From: a virus | Lineage: Duplodnaviria > Caudoviricetes | Direction: 5' to 3' (one strand) | Length of the DNA stretch: 37,861 nucleotides | Virus record (IMG/VR): IMGVR_UViG_3300037692_000473 | Span: 1 to 37,861 of that record | Shown here: in pieces, positions 31,275 through 37,861 of the stretch | How positions within the stretch are numbered: position 1 is the first letter of the stretch | Layout: every line of letters starts with the position of its first letter | The notes under the pieces: generated by a model | What the model saw: only the letters and a program-made list of their open reading frames with translations | Databases searched by the model: none | What the model was told of the DNA's origin: nothing | Position numbers and translations under genes: made by a program

Positions 31275-33512
31275 TTAATTTGGTATAAAAGCGATTGTGC
31301 TTCTGCAATTCGGATGTGCAGGTGGACTATGGAATGCGCTTCTATCTTTTGGATCAATAAAATCTTCATCAAGATGTCTTTCTTGACCGTTTAAATGTCT
31401 GCATATTTCAGAAGTCCTGTGGTCTATTGCTGCAATCCATACCTTTTTTCCTTTCAAACCGCTTTCTTTATATCCGACAATTTTACCCTCGTTAATAATC
31501 CGATTTGTTTCTGTTCTCGCAATCATCTCGCTTCTCCAATCGCTGAATTTAGAAAATGATTCTTTAATATCTTCTTTGATTTGTGAAACACTTTTATTCT
31601 TGCTTATTCCATCTTGCACTGTTTGAATAATATCTGCCTGGATTTCTTTCGTGACACCTTTGATTCCGTGCCATTTCTTTCCATTAATAGTGTAACCCGT
31701 GATTTGTTGAGCGTGAAGCTTGTTTAATTTATCATCGTACGCCTCTGTGAATCCGATGTCAACCTTTAGTTCAGCTTCTGCAGATTCCATTCCTGTGATT
31801 AAATCTTGTTTCAAGAATCGCTTTACTGCCTTTGCAAAAGCGGTTGTGTTAACTGCGTTAAACATATCTTTTAAGAATTCTCCAAACGTTTTATTTATTT
31901 CTACTCCTTTTTCGATTTGAATTTTATCCGCAGCTGTAAGACATTTGCTTTCAAATTTATCAAAAGTTTTTAATAAGAAATCACTATAATTCTCGGCTTC
32001 TTCTATGATGTCATTTCCTGCATCAACGACATCACTTGTTTTTGTTAGTTCAGAATTTGAAGTTTTTTTTTTATCTGCAGGATCTTCATCATCTTTCGGT
32101 TTCTTTGGATTAGGTTTATCTCCAGCGAAGTTTGAATATCCATCAGGACCCATTGGTCGTCTTAAAGGTTCGTCACCGAATTCAGTAGGTTCTCTTCCTT
32201 TCTTTTTCCTGAACTCATTTATCGTCATGGTTCCGTGGTCGAGTTCTGCCATGTCCTGGTCGAATTCTATTTTTTCAAAAGTGTGATTTCTTGGTTGATA
32301 ATCAAATAATAAACCGTGATCTTCTCTTTGTAATATTTCTGTTATGATTCTACTTGTTTGAACATTCTCAAACTTGGCCAGGTAAGGTTCAAGTGCGTTT
32401 CTTACAGTTACTCTTTCCTGTCCGTCATCATTACTTTTATTACTGTTTTCAAAAAATCCTGCTTCTGTAGCGCTGACACCGAATATTCCGAAAACAATTT
32501 TAAAATACCATTGTTGACCATCAAGCCATTCAAGGTCTCTGTTTGTTTCAACAAGTTTGTGAAAACTTTCGATAGGCCAATTAATGAAACCGATTTGATG
32601 CGGCTTCCCTTTATATTGATTATTCCAACCTCGCTTTAAAGCTTCAAGTTGCTCTTTTGGAAGTTTTGGAAGACTTGCAAGAACGTCAGGTATTGCGTTG
32701 TTTGTGTAAAGGTCTTTATTGTATCTCGTTCCTTGAATTAATAACTCGAGAACTTGTTGAATGCTTTGAACTGCAGAGAAACCGTAAACGCTGTATGATT
32801 TGTCATTCATCATAATATAAACGATTTCATCAGGTTCAAATCTTGTAGGATTTTGTCTTGGATGCTTGAAACTATACTGCCAATAAGCCAAGATGTTTTT
32901 ATGAATATCAACTTGTTTAAGCATACTTCCGCCATCGATTGCTTTGATTCCAACAAGCTTTCTTTGACCAAGTGGTTTAAGTTTTAATCCAAGCTCAGTG
33001 TTTATTATTCTTCCCCAAGCATCGTACATCGGAATATCACCAATGATATAAGAATCATTTGAATAAATCAGATTCCAACATCCAGCATCTATTTCAGCGA
33101 TGTCTGTGATTGTTTCAGAAGTAATATCACTCATGGTTTGTCTGTTTTTATTAACTCGCTTATAGAAATCTATTACTGTTTTAATATCTTTTTTATGATC
33201 CATTCCATCTTCTTCAGCTGGAATCACATCATAAGGAATAGTATAAATTTGTCGCTTGAAAGTGTTCGTGACCATTTGCACCCAAGCACTTTGAGAAAAT
33301 TCTCGAAGCTTTTGAATATCAACACCTCTTGGTTGCCCAAGTGTTGAAGAGAAAAACCATTGAGGATAAATAGCTTCACGGTCTTCAGAACTCTGCATTC
33401 CGCTCATGTTAAGCTGACTCAATCCTATTTCTTGCGAAGATTGAGGTGCAAAAGAAGTCTTGCCTTTCAGTATATGACCTGCATTCTCAAATAAACGTTT
33501 AATTATAGCCAT
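31275..33512 (-). CDS. Portal protein fused to a MuF (SPP1 gp7-like) domain
   Basis: Portal YGFS, FGVS..G and TINEFRK; MuF IARTET, KVWIA..D.RT..IC and PPAHPNCRS. Confidence 0.9.
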   Translation of the reverse strand: MAIIKRLFENAGHILKGKTSFAPQSSQEIGLSQLNMSGMQSSEDREAIYPQWFFSSTLGQPRGVDIQKLREFSQSAWVQMVTNTFKRQIYTIPYDVIPAEEDGMDHKKDIKTVIDFYKRVNKNRQTMSDITSETITDIAEIDAGCWNLIYSNDSYIIGDIPMYDAWGRIINTELGLKLKPLGQRKLVGIKAIDGGSMLKQVDIHKNILAYWQYSFKHPRQNPTRFEPDEIVYIMMNDKSYSVYGFSAVQSIQQVLELLIQGTRYNKDLYTNNAIPDVLASLPKLPKEQLEALKRGWNNQYKGKPHQIGFINWPIESFHKLVETNRDLEWLDGQQWYFKIVFGIFGVSATEAGFFENSNKSNDDGQERVTVRNALEPYLAKFENVQTSRIITEILQREDHGLLFDYQPRNHTFEKIEFDQDMAELDHGTMTINEFRKKKGREPTEFGDEPLRRPMGPDGYSNFAGDKPNPKKPKDDEDPADKKKTSNSELTKTSDVVDAGNDIIEEAENYSDFLLKTFDKFESKCLTAADKIQIEKGVEINKTFGEFLKDMFNAVNTTAFAKAVKRFLKQDLITGMESAEAELKVDIGFTEAYDDKLNKLHAQQITGYTINGKKWHGIKGVTKEIQADIIQTVQDGISKNKSVSQIKEDIKESFSKFSDWRSEMIARTETNRIINEGKIVGYKESGLKGKKVWIAAIDHRTSEICRHLNGQERHLDEDFIDPKDRSAFHSPPAHPNCRSTIAFIPN

Positions 33513-33538
33513 AGTTAATTTCTCCTTTAACGATTTAC

Positions 33539-33557
33539 TTATTTAAATACCACTAAA
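33539..33557 (-). promoter_or_regulatory. Class L promoter TTTAGTGGTATTTAAATAA
   Basis: Exact repeat, 26 nt upstream of the portal ATG. Confidence 0.85.
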
Positions 33558-33576
33558 AAAATAAAAAAAATAAAAA
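33555..33576 (-). terminator. Oligo-T terminator ending the packaging operon
   Basis: T5-A-T8-A-T7 on the minus strand immediately after the stop at 33578. Confidence 0.65.
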
Positions 33577-33577
33577 T

Positions 33578-34066
33578 TTACTTGAATGGATTCTCAAAGA
33601 TTGGAGTCTCATATAAATATTTATGAATGATTCCTCTTGATATATTTTCAGCAACTTTGTTATTTGTAGCTAAAAACTTCTGATATTCCACGTAGTGTAA
33701 ATTCTTTTTTTGGTCTTCGGTGTAAGCATTCGGATCCTTTCCAATGATTGCGGCACTTGCCTTGTTTGATGAATCAACAGCTTCAGCATTAAGTTGATTA
33801 ATGTAAAGTTTCAATTTATCTTTTTGAATCTCAACACACTTTTCTTCAAAAGGTTTTAAATCTTTCTGAAGCGCAGTTATTCCATCAATCTCTTTCATTA
33901 ATAAAGTTTTTTGCTGTTCCATCTGTTGCAACTGACCTTCTGCTTGAGCGAGTTGACCTGTTGTTCTTTGCAATGTGTCCAAAATATCTTTAGGACTATG
34001 CTTTCGGTCTTCAACATTAACTTTCTCTTTTATTCTTTCCCCATCCCATTCAAAACTTCTCGCCAT
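33578..34066 (-). CDS. Coiled-coil hypothetical protein
   Basis: Gln/Leu heptads; GGGGG SD. Confidence 0.65.
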   Translation of the reverse strand: MARSFEWDGERIKEKVNVEDRKHSPKDILDTLQRTTGQLAQAEGQLQQMEQQKTLLMKEIDGITALQKDLKPFEEKCVEIQKDKLKLYINQLNAEAVDSSNKASAAIIGKDPNAYTEDQKKNLHYVEYQKFLATNNKVAENISRGIIHKYLYETPIFENPFK

Positions 34067-34069
34067 TGT

Positions 34070-34621
34070 TTATTCCCCCTTTACTGGTTTTTCAAGATAA
34101 GTAACTTCTCTTTCGATTGCCTTACCGTTTCTGATGATCTCTTTAACTTCGTAAGCGACTCTGTATTCAGCACTCACAGTTCTTTTAACAGTGTTTCCGC
34201 TTTGCAGTTCAACATCTGTTTTGTGTTCATAAAGCTTCTTGTTGCCTTTTTCATCAACTTCAAAAACTCCAAACGTGATTATTCTTTCATCATTGTTTAC
34301 TTTTTTACCAACAAGATTTGTGATATGCATCTTTGGAGCTGTTGTTTTCCAGTGTCCTTGAACTTTAATGTGTTGCGCACTTGAAAGTTCTTTAATGCTT
34401 TTTAATCGATAACTCATCCTTGTATTTACATCAAGCAAGACTTCCATTGTTGCAAGATCCTTAAGTTGTTCAAGTTTCTCTTTTATCACGTCAGCCAGGT
34501 TTCTGACAACAGTATTTATTTTTGTGCCTTTATCAAGAACTCCTCCTTCGAACTCTTTTATGTTATCTGTGCTGACTTCATCAGCATCGTCGTCTACATT
34601 CTGTTTTTGGTTTTTTGCCAT
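34070..34621 (-). CDS. Hypothetical protein
   Basis: GGAGG SD; 183-codon ORF. Confidence 0.65.
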   Translation of the reverse strand: MAKNQKQNVDDDADEVSTDNIKEFEGGVLDKGTKINTVVRNLADVIKEKLEQLKDLATMEVLLDVNTRMSYRLKSIKELSSAQHIKVQGHWKTTAPKMHITNLVGKKVNNDERIITFGVFEVDEKGNKKLYEHKTDVELQSGNTVKRTVSAEYRVAYEVKEIIRNGKAIEREVTYLEKPVKGE

Positions 34622-34643
34622 TTGTGTGTTCCTCCAATCTTTT

Positions 34644-34853
34644 TTATTTTTTTAGTCTATATAAGCGTGTCCATCTCGCCATAGACTTTTTTCCGTATAT
34701 GATTTTGAATTCAACATCTTCTCTTTTAATTAAAGCTCGAAGTGTTCTCATGGTACTAACTCTTCCAACTCCTGAAATTGTCATGATGTTTTTATAATTC
34801 ATCCACTTCGGATAATTGTCCTTCAGTATCTGTGCTATCTGCTCCTGGCCCAT
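34644..34853 (-). CDS. Winged HTH protein
   Basis: IAQILK...WMNYKNIMTISGVGRVSTMRTLRALIKREDVE. Confidence 0.65.
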   Translation of the reverse strand: MGQEQIAQILKDNYPKWMNYKNIMTISGVGRVSTMRTLRALIKREDVEFKIIYGKKSMARWTRLYRLKK

Positions 34854-34925
34854 CTTTTTCAATAACCTCTGCGTGTTTAAATCTTAACTGTCCTGTTTTC
34901 TTATTCTTTTTAAAATCGTAAACTT

Positions 34926-36335
34926 TCACCATGCAACACCAACCTCGTAATCTCCTTTAGGTTTTCCTAAATCAAACACGAAGCGCATCATTAATGAATC
35001 TGCAAAGTCAGGGCTTCTGCCAATTATTTCTTTAATATCATCCTTGCTGATGACTTGGAATTTTTTCTCATTATCTTCAACATCTTTTCTTTTAATGCTT
35101 TCAAGTTCTTCAACAATCCAATCTCGAACTTCAGGAGCAATTTCTTTATAACAACTAATCTTTCCTTCTTGAACTGCATCTGCGAGTTTATCATAACACT
35201 GCGCTCGAAGATTTTTATAAGAATAACGTTCTGTTTCCTGGACCTTAAATTGTTTATTGTCATCAAACTCTTCAAGCGGTCTTCCAGCGTTTGTAAAAGC
35301 CCAAACACCAGGACAGTGATCTACAACTCCACCGCCGACTCCATCTTGGTCAACGACAACGTTTCCATATGGCATATGGTACTGTTCGCATTTGCTTTTA
35401 ATCTTTTCTTCTAAAAATGATGTGCTGCTTTTATCATAAAACCAAACACGTCTGATAAAGTAACCTTGCCATAATATCATGACAGCTTTATCTTTTCCGA
35501 ATCTTGCAACGTCAACGCTTAAATAAAAGTCTCCTTTCGATTCAGCGTTATTTGAAAATATTTCGATAATCTTTTCATAAGTCATAAGTGCGGAGTCATC
35601 TTCTTCGTATTCCCAGTTACCATTTTTTAATCTGCTTCTCATAATTGGGTCCTTAATTTTTCCGAGCATCTTTCCATAATCATCTGCGGTGTAAGGATTA
35701 TCGTTGTATAAGCTTTGAATAAAACAACTGTCGCTATCAAGTTTGCCTTCTTTCCATTTCTTATAAAAATCATAATATACCCAGTTCTTTTTCGGGTTGC
35801 AGGTTAAAAGCATTTTAGGATAAATGTTCAGTTCCTTATTCATGTGTCTGCCAATCCTGGACTTCAACACATCGAAAGCTTTCCCCTTTATTTCCCCAAC
35901 TTCCTCAAGCCATCCGCTTGTATATTCCTCTGAACCGAATCGCTCGTACAAAGGGTCTGTTGGCTTGTACGCAACGTCTATAAGGTCGATTCTGCTCCCA
36001 TTCCAAAAATAGATATAGTTATATTTCTCTTTTAAAATCCAGCAACTGTCTGGAATGTTGTGTGCTTTGCAAACCTTAAGAAATGTGATGTAAGTAGACT
36101 TCATAATCCTTTTTAATTCGTTCCTGCCAATAAACCACTTGGTGCCAGGATGCGCCAAACAATTAATGAGAAGCCATTCGCATCCAACCCAACTCTTACC
36201 TCCTCCTGCGCCGCCACCAAATAAAACAAACTGTGTAGTTCTATCTTTAAGTTTTCTCCAGGCCAATCTCTGCTTATGAGTAGGTTTAATCTTTATTTTG
36301 AAAACTTTCTCATCCTGGATTATTTCTTGATTCAT
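34926..36335 (-). CDS. terL: Terminase large subunit
   Basis: Walker A GGGAGGGKS, Walker B GWLEE, LTCNP, nuclease VDVARFGKD and SPDFADS; ATG 36335 is ATGA-coupled. Confidence 0.95.
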   Translation of the reverse strand: MNQEIIQDEKVFKIKIKPTHKQRLAWRKLKDRTTQFVLFGGGAGGGKSWVGCEWLLINCLAHPGTKWFIGRNELKRIMKSTYITFLKVCKAHNIPDSCWILKEKYNYIYFWNGSRIDLIDVAYKPTDPLYERFGSEEYTSGWLEEVGEIKGKAFDVLKSRIGRHMNKELNIYPKMLLTCNPKKNWVYYDFYKKWKEGKLDSDSCFIQSLYNDNPYTADDYGKMLGKIKDPIMRSRLKNGNWEYEEDDSALMTYEKIIEIFSNNAESKGDFYLSVDVARFGKDKAVMILWQGYFIRRVWFYDKSSTSFLEEKIKSKCEQYHMPYGNVVVDQDGVGGGVVDHCPGVWAFTNAGRPLEEFDDNKQFKVQETERYSYKNLRAQCYDKLADAVQEGKISCYKEIAPEVRDWIVEELESIKRKDVEDNEKKFQVISKDDIKEIIGRSPDFADSLMMRFVFDLGKPKGDYEVGVAW

Positions 36336-36571
36336 ATTTTTAAACGCTCCAATAAGTCTCTGCAACATTCAATTTGATGTTCTTGATGTATAACTAATAT
36401 TTGCATATTTAGTTCTGAATTAAGTTTTTTCTGATTCTCAAGATAATTAATGTGTTTAACAATTTCTTTCCTGAAATGTTGTTCAGCAAAATCAAAACCT
36501 TGCTTTCTGTATTTAGCACGTTCTTCAAATCCAGGTGAAATATCACCCCAATAAAAGTCTTCAACGTTCAT
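36332..36571 (-). CDS. Hypothetical protein
   Basis: ORF whose stop overlaps the terL start. Confidence 0.55.
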   Translation of the reverse strand: MNVEDFYWGDISPGFEERAKYRKQGFDFAEQHFRKEIVKHINYLENQKKLNSELNMQILVIHQEHQIECCRDLLERLKI

Positions 36572-36684
36572 TTTTTCTTTTTACCAATTTTTAATGCTTT
36601 TATTCTGTTTATCTGCAGGTAAGCTTTCTTCTGCCTTAAGCATACATGTCATGCCTTTATTTTTCAGTTTATAGCCGTGAATGT

Positions 36685-37191
36685 TCATTTTTTCGCTCCA
36701 TCATTCATTTTTTCATCAATTTGTTCATCTTCATCAGGATCAACAAAGGTTACTTCAATCTTGTTTGAACCAAAAATTAAATGCTTATCAGCAACCTTTT
36801 CTTTTAATCCATACTTTTCATAAACATCAGTCAAGCTTTGATTCAATCCACATAAAACACTCATAAATCGAGCTTTGTCTCCAAAAGTTGGAGCAGTCCT
36901 TATATGCAGTTGACATTGCCTAATCGCAGACTCTGTTGCGGCAATCATTTTAGAACCGAAAAGAGTCGGATTAATTGGAGGCATCTCGCTTAAAACTTTA
37001 TCCTTCCAATGATAAACCGTTTGATTAGGGATTCCCGATTCTGTAGCAAAATGATTATAATTAATATTCCAGTCTCCTAAATCAAGAATCATCATTTTAA
37101 GTTTATCAAACTTGTCAGCGTTTTTCCCAACAACCTGAAAAGGTTTTTTTAGTTGAGTATTTGTCTTTTTTGATTTGTTAGTTTTTCTCAT
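36685..37191 (-). CDS. Probable terminase small subunit
   Basis: HTH FATESGIPNQTVYHW, helical core, C-terminal beta strand; upstream of terL; ATG 37191 overlaps the MTase stop. Confidence 0.55.
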   Translation of the reverse strand: MRKTNKSKKTNTQLKKPFQVVGKNADKFDKLKMMILDLGDWNINYNHFATESGIPNQTVYHWKDKVLSEMPPINPTLFGSKMIAATESAIRQCQLHIRTAPTFGDKARFMSVLCGLNQSLTDVYEKYGLKEKVADKHLIFGSNKIEVTFVDPDEDEQIDEKMNDGAKK

Positions 37192-37845
37192 CGTAGTGCT
37201 ATGACCTCGCAGTATTTTTCGCTCATTTCCATCATGATGCATTTTCTGTTGAGTTGTTCTGCAGCTATTAGTGTACTTCCTGATCCTCCGAATAAGTCAA
37301 GGACGACTTCTGATTCGATTGAGCTGTTTCTTATTGCTCTTGCGCAGACTTCGATTGGTTTCTGTGTTGGATGAACGTATGTGCTACTTGCTTCTCTTTT
37401 TATGTTCCATACGCATCGTTCGTTGTTTGGTCCGTACCATCTGCTGTTTTTGCCTGTTGGAATGCTTCCTGGGCCGCAGTACACGATGACTTCATAATCG
37501 GGGTGGTATCTGTTCCATGAAATGTTGAATGCGTCTTTATTCCAAATGATTGGTATTGGATAGTGGATGTCTGCTTCATCTAAGGTTTTTAGTAAGTGGT
37601 GTATGTTTCGCATTGCAAAAGAAATATATGCTACTGCGTTTGGTCTCCAGTATTTTTTACTGTATACTATGCTGTTTGTTAAGAAATCTGTTAAGTTCTG
37701 TTCTTTCAAATCATCGTTTTCTATATCTCGCCATTTGCTTTTTTGATTGTTGCCTTTGATTTCATTATTCTGTTTCATATAGGATGCGACGAGTTTCACA
37801 TAATCAACTCCGTACGGAGGATCTGTAAACATTAAATCGACATAC
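37188..37845 (-). CDS. C-terminal catalytic part of a beta-class N6A/N4C DNA methyltransferase (continues from 72..812 across the junction)
   Basis: TDPPYG (motif IV), IIWNK, HPTQKP, LDLFGGSGST (motif I). Confidence 0.92.
37733..37845. repeat. Terminal direct repeat, right copy
   Basis: Identical to 1..113. Confidence 0.97.
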
Positions 37846-37861
37846 GGGCGGGGGGGGGGTG

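Noticed and set aside
20542-33557. Repeated 19-mer as CRISPR repeats or att sites
   Set aside because: Copies are kilobases apart, each upstream of an operon and containing a TATA box; no spacers, cas genes or integrase.
4684-35308. Other nested minus-strand ORFs (4684, 7621, 16661, 16973, 19493, 30865, 35024)
   Set aside because: Short, motif-free alternative frames, unlike 9693..10463, which carries MTase motif IX.
1281-37759. Plus-strand ORFs in the ORF track (e.g. 1281..1772, 30336..30734, 33911..34384)
   Set aside because: Ser/Phe/Leu-rich antisense shadows of Lys/Glu-rich minus-strand genes, with no recognisable motifs.
1-37845. Stop-codon reassignment
   Set aside because: Core genes are full length under code 11, and TAA, TGA and TAG all terminate genes at tightly packed junctions.
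37846-37861. Terminal GGGCGGGGGGGGGGTG as a telomere, G-quadruplex or inversion
   Set aside because: It replaces the C run expected from the left copy, exactly at the contig end; most simply a poly-G sequencing or assembly artefact after a homopolymer.

Overview
Apparently complete, circularly closed genome (unit length 37,732 bp; 1..113 is repeated at 37733..37845) of an AT-rich archaeal tailed dsDNA virus (Caudoviricetes, HK97-type head, short non-contractile tail). Every credible gene is on the minus strand. The archaeal assignment rests on GGTGA/GAGGT(G) ribosome-binding sites, TATA/BRE-type promoters and oligo-T terminators. A DPANN-type host (Woesearchaeota/Pacearchaeota-like) is only an inference from the secreted LamG proteins. 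Reading the minus strand across the junction: RHH-ParB-N6/N4 methyltransferase (split at a G10 run), probable terS, terL, portal-MuF, protease/scaffold, MCP, a 4-gene cassette of membrane or signal-peptide glycoprotein-like genes, neck, tail tube, G/GT chaperones with a -1 frameshift, very short tape measure, Dit, hub, transglutaminase-like protease plus holin-like gene. The early region follows: Sm-like protein, candidate origin, VRR-NUC, RHH, a two-frame heterodimeric C5-methyltransferase coupled to a radical SAM gene, recombination module, ParB, MazG, RusA. No integrase, polymerase, helicase, primase, tRNA, CRISPR or reverse transcriptase was recognised. Top leads: (1) secreted fibre/LamG glycoprotein cassette inside the morphogenesis region; (2) homopolymer-switched, probably autoregulated methyltransferase heading the packaging operon; (3) overlapping-frame C5-MTase plus radical SAM; (4) holin plus transglutaminase-like lysis pair; (5) two promoter classes with a shared palindromic operator. 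All family assignments come from motif recognition by eye, not database searches.
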